This document shows, piece by piece, positions 30,728 to 40,034 of a DNA stretch of 64,000 bases (the stretch's first letter is position 1; each line of letters opens with the position of its first letter). Where the stretch lies: positions 160,001-224,000 of the forward strand of contig CAVTHS010000007.1 of assembly GCA_963734535.1 (NCBI GenBank), in the 5' to 3' direction. The stretch comes from an uncultured Chloroflexia bacterium. Lineage in GTDB: Bacteria; Chloroflexota; Limnocylindria; Limnocylindrales; CSP1-4. The translations under genes were made by a program, and so were the position numbers. Below the pieces are notes generated by a model, which made no database searches, was not told the DNA's origin, and saw only the letters and a program-made list of their open reading frames with translations.

Positions 30728-31233
30728 TCGGCTGCTTTGCCGCCCTGCGGCTCGATCGGCGCTTCTTCGCCTGGGCCGGCGCATGGGCGCTCGGTTCGCT
30801 GGTCGCCTTCGGGTTGGTTGCCGCGATCATCCCGAACCCGGTCTTCGGGCGGCAGATCCCGCCCGAGCCGTTCGCGATCGCCGTGTGGCTCCTCTCGGCA
30901 CCGTTGATGGGTCTCCTCGGCGCCACCTATACGGCGGGCGCGTTGCCCGCGCCCGCCGCCGAGAACGCGCTGCCGCTCGTGCTCAGCGCAGCCGGTGACG
31001 TGGACGGCCGGCAGGGGACCACGATCGGGACCGCGGCGAGCCTTGGTGCCTTCCTTGCCATCGGCTGCCCGGTCTGCAACAAGATCGCGCTTGTCCTGCT
31101 GGGCACGAGTGGGGCGATGACGGTCTTCGCGCCGATCCAGCCGATCCTCGGGGCGGCGTCGCTCGTGCTCCTGGCGGGCACGCTCGCCTGGCGCTTCCGG
31201 CTCCGGGCGCGCGGAGGAGCCTGCCCGGTCTGA
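30724..31233 (+). CDS. Small membrane protein with CxxC
   Basis: GTG overlaps the rhodanese stop; 'IPNPVFGRQIP','AIGCPVCNKI', C-terminal 'ACPV'. Confidence 0.75.
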   Translation: MIGCFAALRLDRRFFAWAGAWALGSLVAFGLVAAIIPNPVFGRQIPPEPFAIAVWLLSAPLMGLLGATYTAGALPAPAAENALPLVLSAAGDVDGRQGTTIGTAASLGAFLAIGCPVCNKIALVLLGTSGAMTVFAPIQPILGAASLVLLAGTLAWRFRLRARGGACPV

Positions 31234-31339
31234 TCCGCTGCCGGCGAGACAGTGAGCGGCGGCGGACGTCGGCCCTGCGGTCTCGCGAGCACGCGCGATC
31301 CACACACGCGAGGCCCAACGCCCACTCGGGCCCGCCCAT

Positions 31340-32668
31340 ATGATCGGGACGCGTCCCCGGTCCAGCTACGAGAGCAATGCGCGCGAGGTGATCGTGACAC
31401 CCGGGAACCTGGGCATGCGCGGCGGTTCGGCGGGGGCGTTCCTGCGCCGGCAGCAGCGCGACTGGGGAGTGACCGTCGTGCGGACGTCGCTCGACCGGCT
31501 CGCCTACCAGATGGTCTTCCCGTACCTCTCGGTGTACATCGTGGCGCTTGGGGCCACGGCGACCCAGCTGGGTCTCGTGAGCAGCGTCGGGATGGCGGTT
31601 GCCGGGCTGGCAGGGCCGTTCACCGGCTGGCTCATCGATCGCCACGGACCCCGAACCTTCTACCTCGTGGGCATCGGGTTCCTGGCCGTCTCCTACCTCA
31701 CCTACGCGCTGGCGAACAGCTGGCCGGTCACGATCCTGGCCATGATGGCCTACTGGCTCGGGTACTCCATCAGCGGCCACAGCTGCGCCACGATCTGCGG
31801 CAACTGCCTGGCCAACCGGGACCGGGCGACCGCCATGATGATCTGCGAGACCGTCGGCGCGGGAATGCTCGGGATCATCGGACCCATCCTCGGCGCATTC
31901 GTCGTCCTCTCGTCGGGAGGTATCGACCCCCGCGCCATCCGTCCGCTGTTCGTGCTCGCCGCCGGAATCAGCATCCTCACGTTCGTGATCGTGTACACGC
32001 AGCTCTCACCCCAGCGGTGGGGGATTGGCCGCAGCGTGGGCAACCCTTCCGCCGTGCTGCGCGACCTCCGCGAGGTGATGCAGGGGTCCTACCTGAAGCG
32101 GTGGCTGGTCATTGCCGCGATCGGGCAGCTCCCGGTCGGCATGGTGCTCGCGTTCTCGCAGGTGTATGCCCACGAAGTCAAGGGCGCCGATGCCCTGGTC
32201 CTTGGTGCCATGGCCGCCAGCAGTGCGGTGGTGTCGATCGTGCTCGCCGTCCCGCTGGGGAGGCTCGCGGACAGGATCGGCCGGAAGCGGGTCCTGTTCA
32301 TGACGATCCCGCTGTTCATGGTGTCCAACCTGGTGCTCATCTGGGCCCCGGGTCCTGCCTTCCTGGTCGTGGCGGGAGGGCTCCAGTCGTTCTTCTTCCT
32401 CGGTGGTCCGATCTCGGCGGCGATGGAGCGCGAGCTCGTGCCCGCCGCCCACATGGGCCGCTGGATCGGCATCGCCCGCGTTGTCCGGATGCTTCTCAGC
32501 GCGGCCCTCGTCCTCGTTGCCGGGTTCATCTGGGACACCGCCGGACCCGCGTTCGTGTTCTTGGCGTTCGTTGCCATCGATCTTGCCGTCAGAGTGCCGC
32601 TTCTCGCGACGATGCCGGACACCCTCGGCATGAGCTTCGCGGCCACGCCGGCCCCGGCCGCGGACTGA
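31340..32668 (+). CDS. MFS transporter
   Basis: Motif A 'GWLIDRHGPR' and 'GRLADRIGRK'; about 12 TM. Confidence 0.88.
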   Translation: MIGTRPRSSYESNAREVIVTPGNLGMRGGSAGAFLRRQQRDWGVTVVRTSLDRLAYQMVFPYLSVYIVALGATATQLGLVSSVGMAVAGLAGPFTGWLIDRHGPRTFYLVGIGFLAVSYLTYALANSWPVTILAMMAYWLGYSISGHSCATICGNCLANRDRATAMMICETVGAGMLGIIGPILGAFVVLSSGGIDPRAIRPLFVLAAGISILTFVIVYTQLSPQRWGIGRSVGNPSAVLRDLREVMQGSYLKRWLVIAAIGQLPVGMVLAFSQVYAHEVKGADALVLGAMAASSAVVSIVLAVPLGRLADRIGRKRVLFMTIPLFMVSNLVLIWAPGPAFLVVAGGLQSFFFLGGPISAAMERELVPAAHMGRWIGIARVVRMLLSAALVLVAGFIWDTAGPAFVFLAFVAIDLAVRVPLLATMPDTLGMSFAATPAPAAD

Positions 32669-32737
32669 CGGGTCGTCGCCGGATCGGGCACTCGCGCGAA
32701 CTCATGACCTTCGACCCTTGCCATCCCGCGAGGTCGA

Positions 32738-32756
32738 CATATGCTCTTGGCATATG
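32738..32756. promoter_or_regulatory. Inverted repeat overlapping the PadR start (probable autoregulatory operator)
   Basis: CATATGC-TCTTG-GCATATG, perfect 7-bp arms. Confidence 0.6.
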
Positions 32757-33152
32757 AGTGCCGAACGTCACCATGACCACCACCACGACGTGCAAGGCTG
32801 GGTGCGCCCGGGTGGGCGCCGTGGGCGCTGGCTGGAGCCGTTCCTCCTGCTTCTCGTGGCCGAGGGCGAGGCGCACGGCTATGCGCTCATCGGGCGCCTG
32901 AATGAAAGCGGCGTCGCGCCGGAAGGTGTCGATGTCGGGATGGCCTACCGGACGCTGCGCGAGTTGGAGACCGAAGGCCTGGTGCTTTCGGGATGGGTTG
33001 CCGAGGGTGGTGTCCCGCGGCGCGAGTACCGGCTGACCACCAAGGGCCGGACCGCCCTCAGCGAGTGGGCCTCGCTCATGTGCGAGCGCGGGCGCCTGAT
33101 CGACGATTTCCTGGCACGCGAGGCACGCCTGGAGCGAGGCGAAGGAGGCTGA
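32754..33152 (+). CDS. PadR family regulator with His-rich N-terminus
   Basis: 'HHDHHHD','WLEPFLL','HGYAL','YRTLRELE','RREYRLT'. Confidence 0.88.
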   Translation: MSAERHHDHHHDVQGWVRPGGRRGRWLEPFLLLLVAEGEAHGYALIGRLNESGVAPEGVDVGMAYRTLRELETEGLVLSGWVAEGGVPRREYRLTTKGRTALSEWASLMCERGRLIDDFLAREARLERGEGG

Positions 33153-33153
33153 C

Positions 33154-33384
33154 ATGGGGTGCTGGCACGGCGGTTTCGTCCATTGCGGGCCCGCGGCGCC
33201 GTGCTGCTACGACCCGGCCGGCGTGGATGACCGGTATCCGGCCGTGACCTGGCCGCGGCGCCGCCGCGCGCGGCCCGAGGACCGCGAAATGCGGGCAGCG
33301 TCGCTCGAAGAGAGATTGGACCAGCTGCACGAGGAGCTCCGGCGCGTCGAGGCTGCCCTCGCCGAACTCGGTACGCAGGACTGA
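33154..33384 (+). CDS. Small Cys-rich coiled-coil protein (DUF5320-like)
   Basis: 'GCWHGG..HC...CC' followed by the coiled coil 'LEERLDQLHEELRRVE'. Confidence 0.65.
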   Translation: MGCWHGGFVHCGPAAPCCYDPAGVDDRYPAVTWPRRRRARPEDREMRAASLEERLDQLHEELRRVEAALAELGTQD

Positions 33385-33421
33385 CAGTGGAACAGGCGGG
33401 AGCCCGACAGGAGCGTTGACG

Positions 33422-33925
33422 ATGCAGGCCTTGCCCAAGGTGTCTCACGAGCACCACGACCGACTGTGGCATTACGTCGACCAGCTCAACACCCTGGCCG
33501 ACTGCATGAACACGGATTGCCTGGACACGGCCAGGCTCAGCGAGCGCCTGCCTGAGCTGCGGGACTTGCAGCTCGGGCTGACGAGCATGCTGATCCCCCA
33601 CATGGAAGCAGTCGAAGCGGCCGTCTACCCCACGCTCGAGCGTCTCTTGGCGGATCGCCACACGACGGCCCCAATGGCGCTCGAGCACGGCGAGATCCGT
33701 CGACTTGTCGGGGCGATCGGCGAGTTCGCCGAGCACCCGCAGGCCCACGCGGACCGGGGCGCCGTCCTGGCGCTGCGCCGTGTCCTGCTGCGGCTCCACG
33801 CTCTCCTCAGCGCGCACCTCTCGGAGGAGGAGCTCTACATCCCGATCCTCGAGGACAGGCTGACGCCACCGGAGGAGGCGGCGCTCGCGAGGGCCCTCGA
33901 CCACGTGGCAGCGGAGCGGTTGTAG
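33422..33925 (+). CDS. Hemerythrin-like (HHE) domain protein
   Basis: 'HEHH','PHMEAVE..VYP','LEHGEI','HLSEEE'. Confidence 0.82.
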   Translation: MQALPKVSHEHHDRLWHYVDQLNTLADCMNTDCLDTARLSERLPELRDLQLGLTSMLIPHMEAVEAAVYPTLERLLADRHTTAPMALEHGEIRRLVGAIGEFAEHPQAHADRGAVLALRRVLLRLHALLSAHLSEEELYIPILEDRLTPPEEAALARALDHVAAERL

Positions 33926-34080
33926 GCGGGAGTGACAGCATGCGTGCAGCACGTCCAGGCTTCGAGGTCTGAACCTGGGCCGGGCCGACCGAGTGGTCGG
34001 CGATCGAAGCAGTCACCGGTGCGTGGCCGGCCGGTGCGAGGGCCACTTCCGGCCAATCGACATCGAGATGCAGGGAGAAC

Positions 34081-34488
34081 ATGACCAGGATTGCTGCCGT
34101 CTCTGAAGACGGCGTGACGATCAGCCAGCACTTTGGCCGCGCCCCGTTCTACGTCGTGGTCCGCGTGGAGGAAGGCAGGGTCGTCTCACGCGAGACACGG
34201 GACAAGCTGGGTCACGCGCAGTTCGCGGCGGAAGGCCACGAGGCGCCGCCCGACGCGGACCCCCGTGGGCACGGCTTCGATCCCGTTGCCCAGGACCGGC
34301 ATGGGAGGATGGTCGCCGTCATCGCTGATTGCCAGGTCGTGCTGGCCCGGGGAATGGGCGCAGGTGCCTTCGCGAGCATGCAGCACGCGGGCATCGAGCC
34401 GGTCGTGACGGACGTCGAGAACATCGATGCAGCCGTCGAAGCGTACGTTGCGGGCGCGCTCCGCAACCACGTCGAGAAGCTCCACTAG
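34081..34488 (+). CDS. NifB/NifX family (FeMo-cofactor-binding domain) protein
   Basis: 'ISQHFGRAPFY','DCQVVLARGMGAGA'. Confidence 0.85.
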   Translation: MTRIAAVSEDGVTISQHFGRAPFYVVVRVEEGRVVSRETRDKLGHAQFAAEGHEAPPDADPRGHGFDPVAQDRHGRMVAVIADCQVVLARGMGAGAFASMQHAGIEPVVTDVENIDAAVEAYVAGALRNHVEKLH

Positions 34489-34524
34489 ACGCGCCCGTAT
34501 CGGCTCGCCGCAGCCGCCGGCTGC

Positions 34525-35148
34525 TCAGCTCTCCGACCGAACCGCCCGAACGATCGCGTCGATCGGCCGGCGGCCAGCCGCGTCGCCACGCTGGACCGTC
34601 TCGGCCCGGTCGATCCTGAATCCCGTGAGGTCGGCCGCGACCTCGCTCGGCGTGATCAGCAGGTCGGGGTCCTGGGGGCCGCCGACCCCATCCGCGATGT
34701 TGGTCCGGTCGTGCCCGACGACCAGCAGCGTGCCACCGGGTGCCACGGCCGCGGCCGCCCGCGCGTACACCCCGCGTCGTTCCTCGCGCGGGAGGTGGAT
34801 GAAGAACAGCGTCACCAGGTCGTAGGACCGGGCGCCTGGCGTCCATTCGAGGAGGTCGGCCAGCTCCCACTCCACCTGAACCCCGGAAGCTGCGGCGCGT
34901 GCGCGCCCGCGGTCGAGGGCGACCTGCGAAAAGTCGACCGCCGTGACGTCCCACCCGCGGCTGGCCAGCCAGACGGCGTTCCGCCCGTCGCCGGCCCCCA
35001 GGTCAATGGCGCGCCCCGGCGCGAGAGCACCGACCTCACCGAGAAGGGTCGGATCGGGCTCGGACGACTCGATCGGTTCCTGCCCGGCATGGCGCTCGTC
35101 CCAGCGCTCCCGACGGCTCGGACCCGGCGGCTGCTCGGGATCACGCAT
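34525..35148 (-). CDS. Class I SAM-dependent methyltransferase
   Basis: 'WDERH','AIDLGAGDGRNAVWLA','VDFS','APGGTLLVVGH'. Confidence 0.88.
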   Translation of the reverse strand: MRDPEQPPGPSRRERWDERHAGQEPIESSEPDPTLLGEVGALAPGRAIDLGAGDGRNAVWLASRGWDVTAVDFSQVALDRGRARAAASGVQVEWELADLLEWTPGARSYDLVTLFFIHLPREERRGVYARAAAAVAPGGTLLVVGHDRTNIADGVGGPQDPDLLITPSEVAADLTGFRIDRAETVQRGDAAGRRPIDAIVRAVRSES

Positions 35149-35959
35149 GGCCGGACACGCTGCGTCGCCGGCCCGTGCGGCCGACCTGCTCGTCCAGCTG
35201 CTCGCGGATCCGAATCGCCATGGCATCCTCGATCACGGTGTCGGGGTCGCGCAGGCCACCCAGCGTTGCCCTGACCCCCACCAGGCTGGCATACAGCGGC
35301 GGACATGTCGGGCAGGCCTCGAGATGCGCCTCGACGGCCGTCCGCGTGGCGAGGTCGAGCTCGCCGTCGAGGTACGCGGAGACGTGCCGCCGGGCGCGCC
35401 AGCAGCGCAGGGGCTGGGCGAGGCTCGCCCGACGTCGCTCGTCATCCTCCGCAAGCGCGCTCACGAGGAGCATCCGTCCCCTCCGGAGGCGCTGCTTCGT
35501 CGCCGGAAGCCCCGTCGACATCGCTCGAGCGATCTCGATGCCTGTCCATCCAAGGACGTCGTGGAGCACGACGGTGACGCGGTAGATGACCGGGAGCCGC
35601 GCCAGCGCGTCCTCGAGCTCGTCCCTGAGCTCGGCGCGATCGAGGACGCGTTCGGGCGCCACGGAGTACCGATCATCCCGCCAGTCTGCCTCGACGGCGT
35701 CGATGTCCAGCTCGTCATGGTGGACCCGGGAGCGGTCGATGATCCGGTTCACAAGGCTGCGGCGGAGCCATGCGCCGAGCGACGCCGGGTCCCGAAGCTG
35801 GTCCCGGCGCCGCCAGGCGCCCACGATGGTCTCCTGGGCGCAGTCCTCGGCCTGGTCCGCGTCCCGGACGAGCCGTGTCGCCAGGTGCACGAGCCGTGGG
35901 AGCTCACCCGCGAGCGCAGTGGCGAACTCGTTCCCGTCCTCCGTGGCGTTGTTCGGCAA
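35141..35959 (-). CDS. ECF sigma factor with fused C-terminal zinc anti-sigma (zf-HC2) domain
   Basis: Sigma2 'AEDCAQET','AWLRR'; sigma4 'EIARAM...TKQRLRRGR'; 'CWRARRHVSAYLDGEL...HLEACPTC'; start uncertain. Confidence 0.85.
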   Translation of the reverse strand: MPNNATEDGNEFATALAGELPRLVHLATRLVRDADQAEDCAQETIVGAWRRRDQLRDPASLGAWLRRSLVNRIIDRSRVHHDELDIDAVEADWRDDRYSVAPERVLDRAELRDELEDALARLPVIYRVTVVLHDVLGWTGIEIARAMSTGLPATKQRLRRGRMLLVSALAEDDERRRASLAQPLRCWRARRHVSAYLDGELDLATRTAVEAHLEACPTCPPLYASLVGVRATLGGLRDPDTVIEDAMAIRIREQLDEQVGRTGRRRSVSGHA

Positions 35960-35979
35960 CTCGACCCTCGCTGGGTGGT

Positions 35980-36192
35980 TCAGCGCGCCTTCGACTTCGT
36001 GCTGACCCGCAGAAGCGCGTACAGCGGGCAGAAGCCAACGATACCCGTCACGAGCGCGATCGCCGCGACGAGCCACACGGCGTAGAGCAGCGGTGCCGTG
36101 ACGGCTCCGCCGAGAGCGACCGCGGCCAGGGCGATGCCCAGGACGATGCGGATGACGCGATCGATGGGCGCTTCGTTGATCTCGAGCTTCAT
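35980..36192 (-). CDS. DUF2892 / YgaP-like membrane protein
   Basis: 'NEAPIDRVIRIVLG','TGIVGFCPLYALL'. Confidence 0.88.
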   Translation of the reverse strand: MKLEINEAPIDRVIRIVLGIALAAVALGGAVTAPLLYAVWLVAAIALVTGIVGFCPLYALLRVSTKSKAR

Positions 36193-36416
36193 CTCGGTGT
36201 TCCTCTCGGCTTCGACGGGTCCATGACCCGTTCCTGCTCGAATGACGAGACCCGGTCCGGAATGGATACATCGGCGAAGACAAACGCCGCGAGACCTCCA
36301 CCGGATCTCCACACGGTCTCCGTCGCGATTCCACGCGGTCGGTCCAGCCTGACCTGTGTCACGCGGCTGCCACGTCACTCGCGGCAGTCAGGCCAGATCA
36401 GAACGGGAGACATCGC

Positions 36417-36935
36417 ATGTTCAAGCAGATCCTCGGGGCAGCGGGCGCCGGCCTTGCCAGCCTCGTCTTCGCCGCGACCGTCGTGGCAGCCGGCCCGACG
36501 CCCTCGCCATCGACGGCAACGACCCAGACCCGCGACACGGTCCCGGCCGTCCTCGGGCTGACCCAGGCCCAGGTCCAGGCGCTTCGCCACGACGGCCAGT
36601 CGCTCGCCCAGATCGCCGCGAAGCAGAAGGTCGATCCGCAGCGCCTCATCGACGCCCTGGTGGCCCGCTGGACCAGCCGGATCGATGTTCGCATCGCGAA
36701 CGGGGCGCTGACCGCCGACGAGGCGACCAGGCTCAAGGCCGAGGTGCAGACCCAGGCGAAGAGCATGGTCAACCAGGTCACGCTCGGCGGGATGCAGGGT
36801 GCCGCCGTGGGCGCAGGCCCGCGGAACGGGGCAGGTCGTGGCGCTGGGATGGCGAATGGCACGGGCGCTCGCGGCGTGGGAACCGGGACCGGGACCTGCG
36901 ACGGGACCGGCCCGAACGGAGCCGGCCGGCCGTAG
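36417..36935 (+). CDS. Secreted helical protein with Gly-rich tail
   Basis: Signal peptide; 'LGLT...GQSLAQIA','GALTADEA'; tail 'GTGTCDGTGP'. Confidence 0.75.
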   Translation: MFKQILGAAGAGLASLVFAATVVAAGPTPSPSTATTQTRDTVPAVLGLTQAQVQALRHDGQSLAQIAAKQKVDPQRLIDALVARWTSRIDVRIANGALTADEATRLKAEVQTQAKSMVNQVTLGGMQGAAVGAGPRNGAGRGAGMANGTGARGVGTGTGTCDGTGPNGAGRP

Positions 36936-36947
36936 CCACGAGGTTGT

Positions 36948-36985
36948 GCAGGACGGCCGAACCTTCGCAGGTTCGGCCGTCCTGC
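36948..36985. terminator. Perfect 17-bp inverted repeat (hairpin or operator) upstream of the response regulator
   Basis: gcaggacggccgaacct-tcgc-aggttcggccgtcctgc; no U-tract. Confidence 0.6.
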
Positions 36986-36997
36986 CATGCTGAGACC

Positions 36998-37681
36998 ATG
37001 CCACGCATCCTGGTCGTCGACGACGAGCCTCACATCGTGGACGTGATCCGGGCCTACCTGGTCCGCGAGGGCCACGTGGTCGATGTCGCCCGCGACGGCG
37101 ATGCCGCCCTGGCCAGCGCACGAGCGAACAAGCCGGACCTGCTGATCCTCGACGTCATGCTTCCCCGGCGTTCGGGCTTCGAGGTGCTCCGCGAGCTCCG
37201 GGCGACCGGCTCCGCTGCGGCCGTGATCATGCTCACCGCCCGCGACGACGTCATCGATCGAGTGGCCGGGCTCGAGCTCGGGGCCGACGACTACGTGACG
37301 AAGCCATTCGAGCCGCGCGAGCTCGTCGCGCGCGTTGGCGCGGTGCTGCGGCGCGTCGGGCGGCCGAACCCCGGCACGACGGCCGAGGCGTTCTTCGACC
37401 TTCGCGTCGATTCCGGTGCACGGGAGGTGACGCGTGATGGATCGGGGCTCGATCTCACGCGGACCGAGTTCGACCTGCTCGAGGCGCTCGTGGCCGACCG
37501 CGGCGTGGTGATGACGCGGGAGCATCTCGGTTCGGCAGTGTTCGGAGAAGCCTTCGACGCCTCCGACCGGGCGGTCGACAGCCACGTGAAGAACCTGCGC
37601 CGCAAGCTGGGACCCCGGCCGGACGGTGGCCAGTACGTGGAGACGCTCCGCGGGGTCGGATACCGGGCCGGCCGGCCGTGA
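36998..37681 (+). CDS. OmpR-family response regulator
   Basis: 'ILVVDDE','LDVMLP','MLTAR','GADDYVTKPF','LTRTEFDLL','TLRGVGY'. Confidence 0.93.
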   Translation: MPRILVVDDEPHIVDVIRAYLVREGHVVDVARDGDAALASARANKPDLLILDVMLPRRSGFEVLRELRATGSAAAVIMLTARDDVIDRVAGLELGADDYVTKPFEPRELVARVGAVLRRVGRPNPGTTAEAFFDLRVDSGAREVTRDGSGLDLTRTEFDLLEALVADRGVVMTREHLGSAVFGEAFDASDRAVDSHVKNLRRKLGPRPDGGQYVETLRGVGYRAGRP

Positions 37682-38782
37682 GCCTGCGCCTGCGGCTCAC
37701 TGCGGCCTTCGCCCTCGTCGCGTTGCTCACTGCCGGTGCCGTGGCGCTCGCCACGCCCTCGATCGTGGGGCGCGGCTTCGCCCTCGTGGAGGGGCCGGAC
37801 GCGACCGGGGGTCCACAGGGTGGCGGGCGCGGTGCCGGCCCCATGGCCGGCGCGCACGCCCAGCAGGTCCAGCAGGACACGGTGATCGCGCTGATCGGCG
37901 TGGCGCTCGTCGCCGCGGCAGGCGCGTCGCTGCTGGGCTTCGCCCTCGCGCGGAGCATCGCTCGACCCCTCGGGACGCTCGAAGGAGCCGCTGCGGCGAT
38001 CGCCCGTGGCGATCTCGCCCGACGATCGGGACTCGCCGAACGGACCGATGAGGTCGGCTCGCTCGGCCGATCCTTCGATACCCTCGCCGCGAGTCTCGAG
38101 GGTGCCGACGAGGCTCGCCGGCGGTTCCTCCAGGACGTCGTCCACGAGCTCAAGACGCCGCTGGCGGTGATCGACGCGACCACCAGCGCAGTGCTCGATG
38201 GGGTCTACGATCACGACGACCGCCACCTCGAGACGATTCGCGGCCAGGCCCGGCAGCTCTCGAGGATCGTCGACGACCTGCGCACGATCGGCCTCGCGGA
38301 ATCGGGCGGCCTGACGCTCCGAATGGCGCCGACGCCGCTCGCCCCGATCCTTTCCGGCGATCGCGTCCGCGTTCGGCGCGGCCGCCGCCGCGGTGGGTGG
38401 TTCGATCGCGGTGAGCGTCCCGGGTGACCTCACGGTCCGGGCGGACGCGGACCGCCTGCGCCAGGCGATCGCGGCCCTGGTCGACAACGCGATCCGGCAC
38501 GCTCCCGCGTCGCCGATCGCGGTCGAGGCGACGCCGCGCGCGGGCGGCACCCGGATCGAGGTCCGGGACGGGGGACCGGGGATCCCGGCTGCTGACCTCC
38601 CGCACGTCTTCGAGCGCTTCTACCAGGCCGACGAATCGCGCGACAGGACCGCCGGGACGAGTGGCCTCGGGCTGGCAATCGTCAAGGCCATCGCCGATGC
38701 CCACGGAGCTTCGGTGGGGGCCGCCAATGTCACGACCGGTGGGGCCCGTTTCTGGATCGACCTTCCCGGTTCGCCGGGCTGA
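37678..38782 (+). CDS. HAMP sensor histidine kinase; frameshift near 38350
   Basis: Two TMs, HAMP, 'HELKTPL'; second frame 'LVDNAIRH','DGGPGI','FERFY','GLGLAIV'. Confidence 0.88.
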
Positions 38783-38808
38783 GGGGCGCCGCGGCCGGCC
38801 TCGTGCGG

Positions 38809-39195
38809 CTAGTGGACCAGGAAGATGCTGCCGAGGAGAATCACGAGTACCCCGAGCGTGATCGCGACGTAGAGGCCGTCGGCCTCGAGCCAGAAGCCGA
38901 CGACGCTCGTCGCGACGCGCAGGACCGGCGTGGCGAGCAGGACGACCAGCCCGGCCTGGGCGAACGCGACGGGGCGCAGCGCCAGCAGCCCGGAGACCAG
39001 GTACGAGAAGTCGGTCGGGGCCGCGGCCGTGGGCGGTGCCCCGAGGAGCGAGCCGTTCCAGCCAACCAGGAGTGACATGGCAAAGCCCACGGTCGTGAGC
39101 GTGGCGGCCGTGACCACGCCGGTGCGCAGGACCGCGCTCACGACGGCGCGAAACTGGTCGGGAGTCAGGCGCTCTCGCCGGGCGTCCCCGCTCAC
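38809..39195 (-). CDS. DUF1634 membrane protein
   Basis: 'VLRTGV','GLVVLLATPVLRV'; the usual TauE partner. Confidence 0.85.
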   Translation of the reverse strand: MSGDARRERLTPDQFRAVVSAVLRTGVVTAATLTTVGFAMSLLVGWNGSLLGAPPTAAAPTDFSYLVSGLLALRPVAFAQAGLVVLLATPVLRVATSVVGFWLEADGLYVAITLGVLVILLGSIFLVH

Positions 39196-40034
39196 GCGCC
39201 CACCCCGAACCCGCGCAGCAGCGTCTGGATCCCGATCACCACGAGCACGGGGAGGAAGATCCACCGGACATGCCGGTTCGCCAGTCGCGGCAGGAGCCGC
39301 GCACCGAGCATCGCGCCGGCCAGCACCCCGAGCGCGACCGGGGCGACCAGGGTCGGATCCACGTCGCCGCGCCCCAGGTAGATCCCGGCCGACGCGGCCG
39401 CCGTGACGCCGATCATGAAGTTGCTGGTCGCCGAGGAGACCTTCATCGGCAGGCGCATCGCGCCGTCCATCGCGACGACCTTCAGGGCGCCCGAGCCGAT
39501 GCCGAGGAGCCCGGACACGAGGCCGGCGCCCCACATGAGGGCGAATCCCAGGGGCACGCGCCGCGCGGCGTAGGAGACCTCGCGGCCGAGCCGGGCGTCC
39601 GGGTAGCTCGACGCGAGGCGGAGACGGGCGGCCAGCCCGCTCGGCTCGACCTCCGGCGGCATCTCCTCGCCGAGGCGCAGAACCTGCATGAGGGCAGAGC
39701 CAAGCAGGACGAGGCCCAGGAGGATGTAGAGGAAGGCTGGAGCGACGATTGCCGCGAGGAGCGCACCGACCACCGCCCCGGTCGTGGTCGCCAGCTCCAG
39801 GAACATCCCGATCCGCATGTCGGTCATGCGATCGCGCACGTAGGCGGCGGCCGCCCCGGAGCTCGTGGCGATGACGCTGACGATGCTCGCCCCGATCGCG
39901 AGGCGAATGTCGATTCCGAAGAGCAGCGTGAGTGTGGGCACGATCAGGATCCCGCCGCCGACACCGGCGAGCGCTCCGACCAGGCCGGCCAGGATGCTGA
40001 TCGCGAAGATGGCGCCGTCGGCTCCCAGGGTCAC
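39192..40034 (-). CDS. TauE/SafE family sulfite/sulfur-compound exporter
   Basis: 'GVGGGILIVP','SVIATSSGAA','SGLLGIGSG','SATSNFMIGVTA'. Confidence 0.9.
   Translation of the reverse strand: MTLGADGAIFAISILAGLVGALAGVGGGILIVPTLTLLFGIDIRLAIGASIVSVIATSSGAAAAYVRDRMTDMRIGMFLELATTTGAVVGALLAAIVAPAFLYILLGLVLLGSALMQVLRLGEEMPPEVEPSGLAARLRLASSYPDARLGREVSYAARRVPLGFALMWGAGLVSGLLGIGSGALKVVAMDGAMRLPMKVSSATSNFMIGVTAAASAGIYLGRGDVDPTLVAPVALGVLAGAMLGARLLPRLANRHVRWIFLPVLVVIGIQTLLRGFGVGA

Noticed and set aside
34081-34488. Nitrogen fixation inferred from the NifX-like gene
   Set aside because: The family is widespread in non-diazotrophs and no nifHDK is present
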